Shown here one piece after another: positions 22,909 through 35,870 of a stretch of DNA of 42,231 bases. The translations under genes and the position numbers were made by a program. Below the pieces are notes generated by a model that was not told where the DNA came from, did not search any database, and saw nothing but the letters and a program-made list of their open reading frames with translations. Every line of letters begins with the position of its first letter. Within the stretch, counting starts at the first letter, position 1. The stretch is from the NCBI RefSeq assembly GCF_018977255.1, contig NW_024705468.1, forward strand, positions 1 through 42,231, read 5' to 3'. This stretch comes from Callorhinchus milii (taxonomy: Eukaryota).

Positions 22909-24828
22909 ATGGAACACTTAAACATTTATGAGGTACAACCAATTTGGTACCACATTTGTGCAGTGGTACGCGTTCCTGGTAGGAAAATATAACTTGATTT
23001 TGTGATATAAATATTTGTGCAAGTTGATAAAAAGGTATTCATTAATTAACAACAATTTGGCTTTGTTCAATTCGTAATAGTTTGGATTCAGAGTGCGTGG
23101 ATTGTGCACTCCAAAAATTTTGGAAACTTTGAGCTCACTGCCCAACTTAACGTGCAGTGCAGGATTGGGTGAATGCTGCAGTTTTAGAAATAAAGTTGGT
23201 TTGATAAAATGTTTTATCTGTTTGCCTTTTGGAAAGCTTGCGCTTTGACTCTAGTTCAGAAGTTTATTGGTTAAAGACCTCCTTGGGACTTGGAATCAAA
23301 TTGTCTAAACTGCTGCGCCAATGTATTGCTGTGGTTGTGTTGCTTTGCCGCATGTGCTGTCCAGTGGATAAAACTTTCAACCGAAGTCCCAGCTGCTTGT
23401 TCAGGGCGATGTTAAAGATTTCATGGCCCCACTATATTTGAAAAGAGAAAGCAGTTTCTCCCCCACTTGAAGTATTCCCTGTGAAGGGTAATGAAGTGAT
23501 GATTCGCTGTATCAAATGGAAGAATTATAAATTTTATAACCTTAAACCGAAGACCCGACATTTCCAGTTCAGGTGGACTGTATCAATACCGGGAGAAAAT
23601 TCTAAAAAAGAAGCAAATTTACCTCGGGGTCCTATCAAACAATTTCGTAGATAAAAAATTACATTCATTCCATTGCTTTTTGTAGGAAGTCGTTGAATGC
23701 AAATTGGTTATCCTGTTTGCTTAAAAATACACAGCCTCTGCACAACAAAGAAAAAAAACTCCAGATGTGAGAAAATGTGTGTCAACCATAAGACTTATTC
23801 ATTCTTCAGTAACACCACACATTACTTGGCTTCAAAACCATGCCAGCATCTATCGGTTAAAATGTTTGGCAAGACAAATTTGTGGCGTGTAGATTGATAA
23901 TTTTGGCATTAATCAGTCAGTCATTACACTTTATTTTCCTTGCAGTTAACCTTTTGGCAATTCTGATCCTTTCCCGGGGGAATTGCGGTCTCTCCAAAGG
24001 CATCACTCACTACCTGGTATCCATTGCTGCGGCAGATTCTATGGTGATTATCACTGATATATCACCTCATTAATATTGTTTAGTTTCCAATTAGTTTCTT
24101 GTTCTACACTCCCATGTGCAGTTTCAGACTTGTTTTGATGGCTGTGGTCACAAAACGTTGTACCTGGTTTATAGCCGTTTTCAACTTCGATCGTTTTGTG
24201 GCTATTTGTTGTCAGAAGATGAAAATTACATACTGTAATGTGAAACCTGCTAATTTGGCTATAACAATCATGAGTGTGTTAAGCTTTGTCCAGTGAATAC
24301 CCTGGTACTTTTCTTTTTCTCCTCACGTGATAATAAACAATGTGCTATTTTATTGCACTACTACACCCACCTATTTTACTTTGCCAATATGGAGAATGTT
24401 TACATGGTTTCACCGAGTTTTTACTCATCAAGTTGTTATTCTTTAATTTTTTTCATTTTCAATGCTCTGACGATCAGACACGTTTATCAGCCAGCCGGGT
24501 CCGCAGAAGAATAAGTGTCATTAAAATTGGTGAGAAACAGAAAGAAGTAGAAATGGAAAAGCGAAGAAAATCCATCGCCATACCCTTCACTTTATCGGCA
24601 AGTTTTGTACTGTTATGGATGAAAACTATTATCTATTCAGTGAAATGACCAATTAAAAACTTTAGTTATGCAAACCGCATTTACATCTCTCCATGTATCT
24701 TCCAACAGATAGGTATTATGCTTCAGGTTTTGAGTTCATGTACAAACACCTGTATTTATGCGGTGACACAGAATAAGTTTAAGGAGGAGCTGAAAAATAT
24801 GGTTAAGTATCCCTTTACTATTTTTTGA
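22909..24828 (+). pseudogene. Two-exon class A GPCR pseudogene, GPR139/GPR142-like family expanded in cartilaginous fishes
   Basis: Exon 1 22909-22978 MEHLNIYEVQPIWYHICAVVRVP (G|gtagga); exon 2 from 23946 VNLLAILILSRGNCGLSKGITHYLV...FDRFVAICCQK...IPWYF...NALTIRHV...EMEKRRKSI...SSCTNTCIYAVTQNKFKEELK; frameshifts near 24065, 24440 and 24485; stops at 24294 and 24646. Confidence 0.92.
23350..23710 (+). mobile_element. Two ancient DeuSINE-like remnants in the GPCR intron
   Basis: AACCGAAGTCCC...TTCAGGGCGATGTTAAAGATTTCATGGC and AAACCGAAGACCC...TTCAGGTGGA...CATTGCTTTTTGTAGGAA...CAAATTGG resemble the Deu domain from memory. Confidence 0.55.
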
Positions 24829-25049
24829 TGTAAATAACAGCGTATCGAAGTTCAGCCAGAAATGCATTGCTTGGCTTTGTTCTCCACTTCTCCTGTTTCG
24901 TGTATAGAATACGATCACAGCAGCTCAAAGTGTGTCACGTAAAGTGCATTGCGTATCCAATCGAAGTGAGCAGCATTAACCGTACCAAGGAATATGATAA
25001 CAAAAATGGGCTGCCGCGATTCGCACACAAAATATACAGTCAATTCACT

Positions 25050-25765
25050 TGACAGTATACTTTCTGAAGAGACAGATCTCTGTGTGCACCAGTGAGTGTC
25101 TCTGCCTGTAATTTCTAATGACCAGAGGCACAGAGTCAGTGGGCGTGTGTAACAGAGAGAGAGAGACTGCGCATACGTGTGTGGGAGAGAGACAGGCACA
25201 GTGAGCGAGGACCACAGTCTCTAACTGGGTGTGCATATGTGAGATTGTGTGTCTCAGTAAACGTCTGAGTATGGGAGACAGTTACTGTGCGTCTGTTTGT
25301 GTGTGAGTGAGAGAGAAACAGATAAAGACTGTGTGCTTGTTTGTATGAGAGACAGACACTATGTGCGAGACAATGAGGGCTCTATGTGAGAGAGACGGTG
25401 TGTGTTTGTATGTGTGTGTGTGTGTATCCCAGTATGTGTCTGAGATATCAGAGACAGTGTATGTGCTTCCGTGTGTTTTAGTGTGTGTGTATCTGTGCGT
25501 GTGTGTGTGTGTGTGCGCGCGCACGCGTGTGTGCGCGAGTGTATGAGAGGCAGAAGAGATGGTATGAATTTGTGAGACAGAAAGAGTCCATGTGTGCGAG
25601 AGAAAGACAGAGAGTGTGTGTGAGACAGAGAAAGACTGAGTATGCGAGATACAGACAAACAGAGAGACTGTGAGAGACAGAGAGAGTATGTGTGTGAGAG
25701 GGAGAGACACAGAGATGCTGTGTGTGAGAGAAACAGAGTGAGTGTGTCTGTGTGAGTATGTGTGA
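25050..25765. repeat. Degenerate (GA)/(GT) compound microsatellite
   Basis: GTGTGTGAGAGAGACAGAGA-type low-complexity sequence. Confidence 0.9.
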
Positions 25766-25966
25766 GCTACCCATGAATCAATCTTGCTATCACATCAGTA
25801 CAAACACTACAAAGCAATATCAGAGAGTCAGGACATGCCCCTCATTCCCAGCTCAGTCAGCGAGAGCGACAGACACAGAGACAGAGACTGTGTGGACGTA
25901 TGTCTGTCTCTGTGTCTCTGTCACTCACTGACAACAGCTTCCAGGATGCCCCGCGCGGCTCGGCCC

Positions 25967-26016
25967 CGTCACCAGAGGGCTCTGAGCCGTGAAGCATGAC
26001 GGGAACAGTAGTTTCC
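25967..26016. promoter_or_regulatory. CTCF-like motif plus ZNF143/THAP11 (GFY-Staf)-like motif, copy 1
   Basis: CACCAGAGGGCTCT, and minus strand AACTACTGTTCCCGTCATGC, in a locally CpG-rich patch. Confidence 0.5.
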
Positions 26017-26089
26017 GGACTGTGTCACAGAGAGGGACAGAGTGGGACGTAGATAGACTGTGACTGACCGCCGGCCCCATGTTCCTCTC

Positions 26090-26127
<38 letters not shown>

Positions 26128-26389
26128 CTGTGTGTTTGTTTTTTGCTGTCGCCATTATTCATTCTCTCTCTCGGTCTCTCTCTGTCGCCAGGGACATGAC
26201 GTGATGACGCTTTCGTGTTGCGCCCGACTGACGGCGACACATCTGCCCTCCTTCCTATGTGTGTATGTAGGTGTGACAGTCTGTACGGCACAGCAACACA
26301 CGCTAACCACCATGTGGTACGGCAAAGCGTCTCCGCAGTGTGGTTCTCTCTCTGTCTCTCTCTCTCTCCCTCTCATGTATCCACTTTGA

Positions 26390-28085
26390 CCAATGTCAAT
26401 CATTTTAGTGCAGCATCTCGATTTATTCTTATAATATTCAATTGCTGTACCCTTTCCTCCCAGTGGCATTGGCTGCATTATCTTCATTTACTAGACAGCT
26501 GAAAATAAATCATTCAATGTGTCATCAATGCCCTCTGCCTCCACAAGAAGATCTCTTCTTTGTTCCCTAATTGGACCCACCCTAGTTTTGACTGACCTTT
26601 TATTCCTTACCTGCTTATGAAATACCTAAGTGTTCTCTTTTATGGTATCTGCTAATCTTTTCTCATAAAATCTGTTTGATCCTCTTATTTCCTTTTTTAA
26701 TTCTCCTCGGTACTTTCCGTATTCTATTTGATTACCTTCTGTATTTTGGAACTGAGTTTAATCAGCCGCCTACTTTTCTGTTTTATTTCAATACCATAGT
26801 CCTTATTCATTCAAGAAGGTTTGGAAGCCCCACGTTTCCCCTTTTTGAGAATGTGTTTGTTCTGTCCCCAAACAATCTCCTTCTTAAAGGCTTCCCATTG
26901 CTGGTTTGCTGTTTTAGCTGTCAATCTTTAAATCTAATCCACCTTGGCTAGGTTCCTTGTTAAATCACTGAAATGAGCTCTCTTGCAGTTGAATATCTTC
27001 AACTTCGATTGTTCCTTATCCATTTCCGTAAGTAGAATAAAACAAATGATGTTGTGATCATCGCTGTCCAGATGCTCTCCTGTTGAATCCTGCTCCACAT
27101 GCCTCCCTCATTTCCCAGAACTAGATCAAGCACTGCTTTATTCCTCTTTGGGCTGGAAATATATGGATCCAGAAAGTTATGTTGCACACATTTCAGGAAT
27201 CCTAACCCTTGCTTGCACTTTACAATGTTACTTTGCCAGTCTATATTGGGATAATCTATTAACACTGCTCTATACCTTTTGCATTTTTCTGAAACCAGTT
27301 TGCAGATTTGCTCGTCTCCTTTCCACTATTTGGTTGTCTGTAACATACACCTAATACAGCAACAGCTTCTATTCTGCTTTGTATTTCTAACCAAATAGAT
27401 TCTGTTTTTGAACTCTCAAGCACGTTGATCCCTTTCCGGAGCTGTAACTTTTAACTTAGTCTATGCTACCACCCACCAAACTTTGTTTTCTTCCCCATTC
27501 CCCCTGAATACCTTTTCGCCAGGAGTATTCAACTCACATTCCTGCCCTTGTTTGATCCAAGTGTCCGTCATTGTCAGTACAACATAACCGTGTGTGGCAG
27601 CTTGATCCGGCATCGCACCAATCTTATTTTTCACACGATCGTCTTTGACACACATGCACGAAAAGATAGATTGATTCTGCTCTGCGTTTCCCACCCGTTC
27701 TAATCAGTCCTCTCCTGCAATATTCCTTAATACAATTGCTATACGTCTCTCCTAGTGCTTTGTGCAACTTGTAGCTCCTCGATCATGAAACATTCTCCTA
27801 CACTTCTCCCCTCGAAATTATTTTTAAAAATTTCCCATAGCACAAGGTAATCTCCCTGCGAGGATATTGGTCAGTACCCCGTTCAGGTGTTACCCATAAC
27901 CTTGTGCGCGTGCCATCTGCCCCAGAGTTTGTTCCAAGAACATGAAGCCCTCGTTTCTGCACCATTTATCCAACCACGCATTCACGTGTTTGATGCTGCT
28001 GTTTTGACACTGCATGTGGCACTTGGAGTAATCCAGAGATAACCATATTTGAGGTCCTACACTTTAGCTTTTCTCCCAAATTGTA
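26390..28085 (-). mobile_element. Degraded CR1-clade LINE: ORF1 esterase end and ORF2 endonuclease region
   Basis: Minus-strand DYPNIDW...FLKCVQHNFLDPYISSPKRNKAVLDLVLGNE and TMTDTWIKQGQECELNTPG; KSRTSNMVISGLLQVP-like ORF1 motif near 28020-28065. Confidence 0.85.
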
Positions 28086-28189
28086 GAGGTGCCTTGAAAG
28101 AAAAACCAACCTGGAATATATGTTGATATACACATTTCCACATTCTTTACCTCATATCAGCATGTCTAATCTCTTCAATTTTAATGGAT

Positions 28190-28985
28190 GTATTACAGAG
28201 ACCAGGCGTTTTATACATAGTAAAGACCTGCTAAACATACAGACAAGGTCTGCTATACAGAAACTAGGCTGTTATAAGAAGACAAGGCTCTTATACAGAA
28301 ACGAGACCTGACATAGATACACGAGGCATGCTATACCAGGCCTGTTATTCAGAAAAGAGTCTATTATACAGAGACCAGGATTGCTAAACAGAAACCAGGC
28401 TTTTATGCAGATATCAAGCCAAATATACGGATATTATCTATGCCTGTTATACAGAGACCAGGCCCTTTATACACAGAATGGACCAGTTATACATAGAGCT
28501 TGCAATTATATCGAGACCCGGACTGTTATACATAGGCAAGGCCTGTTATACAGAGATCAGGCATGTTACACAGAGACTAGGCTGTTAGACAGAATGCAAG
28601 CTGTGTGCCAGAGAACAGGCCGGTTACAGGAACATAGGAATTAGAAGCAGGAGTAGGTTACCCGTCCCTTGAATTCTGCCCAGCCTTTCAATAAAATCAT
28701 GCCTAATCTTGTAACCTAACTCCACCTGCCCATCTTATCCGCATATCCTTTAATCTCTCAATCCCATAAAAACATATCAGTCCTAGTTTTGAATGTGTTC
28801 AAGGACTGAGCATTTACAGCCATCTTCAGCCTTATGCAGAGACCAGCACTGTACTACAGAGACGAGGCCCGTTATGCAGAGCCCAGGCCAGTTTTACAGA
28901 GGCCAGGCCTGCTATACAGAGACCAGTGCTGTTATACAGACATAAGGCCTTTTATACAGAGACAAGGCCAATTATACAGAGAATA
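28190..28985. repeat. Degenerate ~20 bp minisatellite (CAGAGACCAGGCCTGTTATA), split by a CR1 tail
   Basis: Unit recurs over 28190-28625 and 28830-28985. Confidence 0.85.
28625..28830 (-). mobile_element. CR1 3' tail fragment
   Basis: ACATAGGAATTAGAAGCAGGAGTAGG...CTTTCAATAAAATCATG resembles the reverse complement of shark CR1 3' ends. Confidence 0.65.
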
Positions 28986-28989
28986 CATT

Positions 28990-29850
28990 TAAGAGGGAGA
29001 GAATGTGTGCGAGAGATAAACCGAGATGGTGTTTATGAGAGAGACAGAGAGACAGTCTGTCAGTGTGTGAGAGGGAGTGTGTGTAGAGAATGTGGGTGAG
29101 AGACAGGGAGAGACTGTGGTTGTGAGAGAGACTGTGTGTGTGTGACATAAATAATCTGTGTGTTTGATACGGAGAGAGATTGTGCGTGATAGAGAAACAG
29201 TGAGTGTGTGTGTGAGAGAGACAAATAGAGAGATTGTTTATGCGAGAGACAGATAGAAACTGTGTGCCTCTGTGAGAGAGAGACTACATATGTGTGAGTT
29301 CGATAGAGAGAGAGAGAGACTGTGTGTGTGAGAGACAGAGAGTGACTGCCTGTCTTTGAGCGACAAACAGAGGCTGTGTGTGTGAGAGTTAGACAGTGAC
29401 TGTGTGGGAGAGATAGAAAGATTGTTAGTGAGAGAATGAGAATCTGTATGTGTAAGAGAGGCAGAGACAGTGTGGGAGAGAAACAGAGAGAGACTGTGCG
29501 TGAGAGAGAGAGAGAATGTCTGTAGTCTGACAAAGACTGTGGGTGAGAGACTTAGAAGGACTGTGTGTGTGAGAGCGGGTGTGTGAGAGCTACAAAGAGA
29601 CTGCGGGTGTGTGAGACACAGACCGTGTTTTTGAGAGAAAAACAGAGACTGTGTGTATGCGTGGGACATAGAGAGAGAGACAGACTGTGTGTGAGAGAAA
29701 CAGTGAGAGATTGTGTGGGTGTGAGAGAGAAAACCTGTGTGTGTACGTTTGAGTGAGAGAAACATTGTGTGAGCCACAGAGAGTCTGAGAGAGACTGCAT
29801 GTTTCAGACAGTGAAACCGCGTGTGTGAGAGACACAGAGAGAAACTGTGA
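28990..29850. repeat. Degenerate (GA)/(GT) compound microsatellite
   Basis: Same composition as 25050-25765. Confidence 0.9.
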
Positions 29851-30062
29851 GTGAGCTGCCCCTTGAATCCATCCTCCTCTTACACAGGTACAAACACTGC
29901 AGATCAATATCAGAGAGTCAAGACATGCCCCTCATTCCCAGCTCAGTCAGTGAGAGAGACAGACACCGAACCATAGAGACACAAACTGTCCACATGTGTC
30001 TGTCTCTGGGTTTCTGTCACTTACTGACTACAGCTCCCAGGATGCACCGCGCGGATTTGCGC

Positions 30063-30112
30063 CGTCACCAGAGGGCTCTGAGCCGTGAAGCATGCCGGTA
30101 GCTGTAGTTTCC
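30063..30112. promoter_or_regulatory. CTCF-like motif plus ZNF143/THAP11-like motif, copy 2
   Basis: CACCAGAGGGCTCT, and minus strand AACTACAGCTACCGGCATGC; 29850-30120 duplicates 25763-26025. Confidence 0.5.
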
Positions 30113-30179
30113 GGGTCTGTGTTGCACGCTGTGGCTGTGAATGTGATGTTACAGAGAGCGAGAGGCCTGTTACTTGCCG

Positions 30180-31000
30180 ACGCCATTCTCTCTCTCGCTC
30201 CCTTCACACTCATCCTCTCTCTGTCTCTCTCAAACGCAACATTTCTCTGTCTCTCACACTCGATCTCTCTGACTCTTTCACACTCACGCGCTCTATCTTT
30301 GTTTCTCTCACACTGACCTTCCCTCTGCCTCTCTCTCACACTCACCCTTTCTCTGTCTCTCACCCTCACTATGTCTCTATCACACTCACCCCCTCTCTCA
30401 AATTATCTATCACTCAGTCTCTCTCTGTCTCTCTCACACTCACCGAATCTCTCTGTTTTTCTCACACTCACTCTCTGTCTTGCTATCTGTCATCTTTATC
30501 TGTCTCTCTCACTCTCACCCTCCCTCTGACTCTCTCACTCTCATTCTCTTTCTCTGTCTGTCTCACCATCTCTCTGTTTATCTCAAGCTCGATCTCTTTC
30601 TCTCTCTCTTTCAACCTCCCTCTGTATCTCTAACTCTTACCCTCTTTCTGTGTCTATCACACTCACTTTCTGTCTGTCTCTCTCACCCTCTCTCTGTCTC
30701 TCACATTCTCATCCTTTCTTTGTGTCTCTGCCTCTCACCCTCTCTTTCTCACTGAGAATCACCTTCTCACTCCCTCATATTCACACTCCGTCTCTATCTC
30801 TGTCTCTCACACTCTCATTCTCTCTTTCTGTTTCTCTCATACTCACCCTCTCTCCATCTCTTACTCTCACCCTCTCTCTGTCTACCTTACACGCACTCCT
30901 CTATTTCTGCCTCTCTCACCACTCTCTCTCTTTGTTTATCTGTCTCTCTCACACTGACCCTCCCTTTGCCTGCCTCTCACACTCACTCTCTCTCTCTCTG
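30180..31000. repeat. Degenerate (CT)/(CA) microsatellite
   Basis: CTCTCTCACACTCA-type low-complexity sequence. Confidence 0.9.
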
Positions 31001-31668
31001 AGAGATAGAGCTTATATGGGTCAGAAGGGGCAGCTTGTCAGCCATAGAAAGACCTTGCGTGGATGGGCAGGAGTCACATAGAATGAGCATAACATCACCT
31101 TAGAGCCAGTTCAACACATATAAGTCCCCTCTTACCTTGCCCCAACCAGGAGGAGGATATCTTCCCATCACTTAAAATTTCATCATTAGGGTTTCAAAAG
31201 GCAAAAGCTCCAAGGCCTAGCTGAAATCCATGAACAAAATTTAGGTATATTCCTCTGAATCTTACAATTTTCCTTGATCTGAGATAGAGCCGCAACCTCT
31301 CCCACACTTTGCTCCACAACAGAAGCCAGCCTGCTCCTTCCTAATCAAACCATGAGCTTCGAATTTGGAAAAATTATCTGCAGTGACTCCCCAATAGATT
31401 ACTTTAAGTGTCACTAGGCAGTTCTGGGTCTGACGTGTTGAGAGATACAACAATTGCCAAATGGACACTGACAGAGATGAGAGCGTGTCTCAGAGAGTGT
31501 TCCAGTTAGAAATAACATATAAATTCTCCTGGACTGAATAAGAATTATTTTACCATCAGGTTTCACAATTACAATAATTTGCCAAAGCAGCTGCCAGTTT
31601 CCTCTCTTGCATGTTAACAGCTGAGTTGCAACTTGTGAGGCAGAGGTGTTTGATTCCCCTGTGCTCAC

Positions 31669-31791
31669 CCGTGGCATTGCAGGCTGGATGCTGGCTTCTT
31701 TATCTGACTGTGATGTTCTGAAAAACCGACAAGACATCAGGACTGGGGAACACTCAAGATAACTCTTCATTGCTCAAAGCAAAACAAATTC
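31669..31791 (-). pseudogene. Candidate disabled 123-nt exon of an unidentified gene (right copy)
   Basis: gttcag acceptor, G|gtgagc donor; GICFALSNEELS*VFPSPDVLSVFQNITVR*RSQHPACNAT. Confidence 0.5.
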
Positions 31792-32670
31792 CTGAACACG
31801 TAAAGCACAATAGAGGAAACATGTTGTTATATTTACTAAACTTTTGCAAATATATCTTAATTCAACAATGATGTCAAGCACGAAACCACAGCGTTCAGCT
31901 GGGTTCACAATTAATCAGGATTGTGCCAGTAAAGAGCGATATAGTTCAAATATGCCTCTTGAGAATACATACATGGAATAACAATGGAATGTCAATCATC
32001 ATCTCAAAGTTTTTCTGGAGNAAAAATGACAAATCTCACATGTCTTTAATTGAATTGTCAATTACTTTAAAAGCTACTGTTTCTCACAAACACTCATCTA
32101 TTCGCCTAAGTATCTATATCTGAGCTGTAGTATATGTCCATTTGAAAACTGTGCCTAAACCTGAAAGACAGAGCCGAACTTCGTTTATGATGGTACACCG
32201 AGAAAATGAAATGACATAGAATGATCCAGAGAAACAGGCCATTCCATCCAATTGGTCCATCCCACCCCGAACTCCAAACCCCACCCCCACCTTATTTCCC
32301 TCCTACATCTGTTGCCCTCTCCTACATCCTTTCATTTCCCTCTTCTGCGCCACTCTATTCACCACTCCTACCCCTCTCTATGCCATTCTGAATACACTAT
32401 GTTCCCAATTAAATATATTCACATTTTCACTTCAACCACAGATAGTGGCAGGATGCTACAAAGTTCATCTATACTCTGTGAGAAAAGATATCCTCCTAAA
32501 CTCCCCTAAAAGATCAAATGAACAGTAGCTTTGTCTTCCTTCCCCTTGATGTGGCATCATTTACTTCCAAACTTCATAAAGGTTTCACACTTTGTACTGC
32601 AAAGTGCTGCTCTCTTTACTAATGATCCGACCTTTGGCTTCACAGCTTATGCAGTTCCACATTATCAAAC

Positions 32671-33580
32671 CGTTTTCACCATCTTACTCACCTCTGTGAG
32701 ATCTTCTCTCAATCTGGGGAGAGAAGTTACGATTTTTCTTAATAACTATATACACTCATCCTGGTATCTTCCGTGTACATCTACTTTTTAATCTATGCCA
32801 TGTTATAGAACGTCAATCATTATGCCTAGACTGTGCTTCCTATTTTACAGCTTTCTACCAACCAGTTCTGCTTCCTTACAATTATTATTTTGTGCCACAC
32901 AATACTGTACAAAATTACGTTTGTAAAGCGCCTTTCACGTCAGGAGGACGTCCCAAGTCGCTGAGCAGTCAGGGATTAGGACGCAAGCGAGGTGGGGTGC
33001 GGGCTGGAGTTTGGGATTAGAGAGTTGGTGGACACCCACTATATCGTGCTGTGGGTGGAGAATGGGGAAACAGAATTTATTTGGACAGCGCTGTTAAGGA
33101 CCTGGCACGGACACGGTGGGATGAATTGCCTCCTTTTGTGCTGCATCAATTTAATCATTAACAAACAGACTCCTTCGCATTAGATCGACAAAAACTTGCA
33201 TTTGTATAAAGCACTTCATGTGGGGTAGATGCTGGAGCGTTTCCGAGACCTGTCCCCATAATCACCTTCTGCATACTCTACGTTTCCTATCGTTCCAACG
33301 CTTTCAATCGAAACCGCCAAAGTTACATATTTGGATAAGACATATTTACTGGGCTATGAGGAGAGAGTGCGTGAGTAGAATTAATTAGGAAAGACCTCAG
33401 TGACTGATCTCTCCTATCAGGTCCTGCTGATGTTTTCACCATCTTACTCACCTCTATGAGACCGCCTCTCAATCTGGGAATAAAAGATACGGTCTTTCTT
33501 AATAACTATATACAGTCATCCTGGTAACTTCCGTGTACATCTACCTTTCAATCTATGCAATGTTGTGGATTATCAATCAC
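32671..33580 (-). repeat. Two direct copies (~150 bp) of a CR1-like fragment, 32671-32820 and 33432-33580
   Basis: GTTTTCACCATCTTACTCACCTCT...CTTCCGTGTACATCTAC occurs twice; the reverse complement matches 10480-10590. Confidence 0.8.
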
Positions 33581-34988
33581 TATAGTCAGGCCTATTCTTT
33601 CATCAGCAGCTGCGTGCTGCGTGGAAGCAAGGCAGCACGTAATTAAGAAAACGTAAAGCGTAAGCTACTGAAAGGGGAAGGAGTAGAAGCGACACAGAGG
33701 CTAAACTGAGAGAGTAAATCTGTGGTTTCTCCAATCTATATTTTGTTACATTTGACTCCAGGCCTTATCGCTCCGTCCAAACCTTTCCTAGGGTAAAACG
33801 TAATATTTGTATATTTGTAGACGAACACAAACATATAGTTTGCGCACAGCAATGTTCGACAAACAGGAATGACGTGAATAACAATATTAAGCTGAGAAAT
33901 TGTGCAAGGTGACAGCAATTTCACTTCTCCTTTCCCCGACACTCAACGCGCTGTTTGTCCATCTGTGCCCTCATCTCCCTGTCAGGGCTTTACTCACCGT
34001 ATTAAAAATAACCTACTATGGTGTGTGTCAGTTTGCGTACGTGATTAGACAGAGGCCGGTGTTGCAAGGTTTCCTGTAAAAGAGTCGTTTGATTTCCGTC
34101 TGTTCCCAGCAAGGAGAGAGACAGAATCTGAGACTCTGGTTCCCAGCTCTGAATGTTGCTCAATATCCATCTCTAAGTCAGAGCTGGGTTTCGACACTCA
34201 TTGGGCGTGTCTGTGCCACAGGAGCTTGGATCTTTGGGGATCACAGAGCTCAGTGATTCGTGCGAAAGCTACCCCTGAGATTTACTGCGTGTTTACTTTC
34301 TCCAATTCCGTGTAGCCCCCTCACCATTGGAAACACACACAAGCCTCCAGTCTCTGCTCTTCACACGAGATCTTCCTCATCCTCGACATGGATCCATTGT
34401 TTCTCATCTTCGGTGAGTATCGTTTCTAACCCAATCACAGGGACGGCACAGCCAGAGAGACAGAGAGATGAGCGGAGTGAGAGGCGTACGGTTTGACTCT
34501 CAACTGTCCTTTCTACAACTTTCTAATGACCAACTCTGCCTTTCCCCCACCGCCCTTACATCAACCGTCTGCATCACTATTTCACAGCGCAGGCTACGAG
34601 AATCATCGTACAGCGGGCTCCGGGCTGCTTCACCACCCACGGGGACTTCAGCAAATTTTGCTCCACCATGTGTAACTTCATTCGACAGTCCTACCCGCCA
34701 CCCCAAGCCTCGACACTTGCTTGACTGCTTCAAGACCCTCACAAGATCTTCCTCTTTGACCGTGATTTCGAACACCCTCTTCCCCCTCCCCTACACCAAC
34801 CTTAATCCAGATGCACAGCTCTGGTCCAGCGACTTGGGACGTATAACCTACATCGGTGACCATTTTCAAAAGTGATTTTTATTTGTTTTTGAGTGAGGAG
34901 AGGCGAGAGAAGAGAGGGGGGAGCCAGAGTAGAAAGGCGAGCGAGAGGAAGGGAGAGAAAACATAGAAAGGAGAATGGAAACTGTAAT

Positions 34989-35313
34989 GGAGTCCTGTAG
35001 CTCAGTGGTTAGAGCACTCGCTTTGCAAGTGAGAGATCTGAGTTCAATTGCAGGCAGGGCGAAACCTTGGGCAAGTTTCCTTACTTCACACAGAGCCTAA
35101 TAATAATCCCTCCAAAAAAAATCAATAATAAATGGTCATTTTCAATCTACGACTGTTTGTGGGACATTGCTGTGCGCACTTGGCTGCCGCGTTCGCCCAC
35201 AAATATACAGTCAATTCACTTTACAGTGTGTTCTGTGAAGCGCTTTGGGACTTCCTCCTGACGTGAAAAGCGCTATATCAAATGCAAGGATTATTATTAT
35301 TAATATTATTATT
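34989..35313 (+). mobile_element. Full-length tRNA(Ala-like)-derived SINE
   Basis: GGAGTCCTGTAGCTCAGTGGTTAGAGCACTCGCTTTGCAAGTGAGAGATCTGAGTTCAATT head, Deu-like core, L2-type tail and (TTA)n end. Confidence 0.94.
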
Positions 35314-35324
35314 AAACTGGTGGC

Positions 35325-35870
35325 AGACAGCATAGAGAGGAGAGGAGAGGAGAGGAGAAGAGAGATTGGGGGAAAAGAGAAAAGTGGAGTGAGAACAAAA
35401 ACGGGAAAGTGGAAATTGGACAGAGAGCGCGTAGAAGGAAGGTGTTGAAAGGCAGAGTGAGGGGATAAAATGCGGAGAGGGAGGGCCAGGTTGTGGGTTG
35501 AGAGGGAAGGCGAGAGTATTTGGGGAAAGCGAGGGGAGAATGAGGAGGAAACAAATTGGGAGAGCGAGGGTGTGAGAGGGCAGGTGGGGGAATGGTAGAG
35601 GGAGGGGAGACGGAAGCGGAATGGGGCGAGGGTGAGTTTGGGGGAGCAGAAGAGAGAGCAGGAAAGATATCGAGGGGGAGAAGGAAGGGGTGGTTGGAGT
35701 GGGAGTTTTTTGTGAACAGCACAGTATAGAGAGAGGGAAGAGTAAGGAAGAGATGAGTGGGGGGAGGAAGAGTTGAGAGTGCACGGATAAGTAGGGCGTA
35801 GGGAGTGGGAGGGGACGATTAGAAGAAGGGGAAAGGCAGGGGGAGAAGGAATCGGGAAAGGACACGGGCT
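35325..35870. repeat. Purine-rich (G/A) low-complexity tract
   Basis: Strongly purine-dominated on +, in intron 1 of copy B. Confidence 0.8.

Noticed and set aside
25282..31081. Ser/Leu/His/Thr-rich ORFs
   Set aside because: Dinucleotide microsatellite translations
34989..35060. tRNA-Ala gene
   Set aside because: No proper acceptor stem; continues into the SINE body and is present in three dispersed copies
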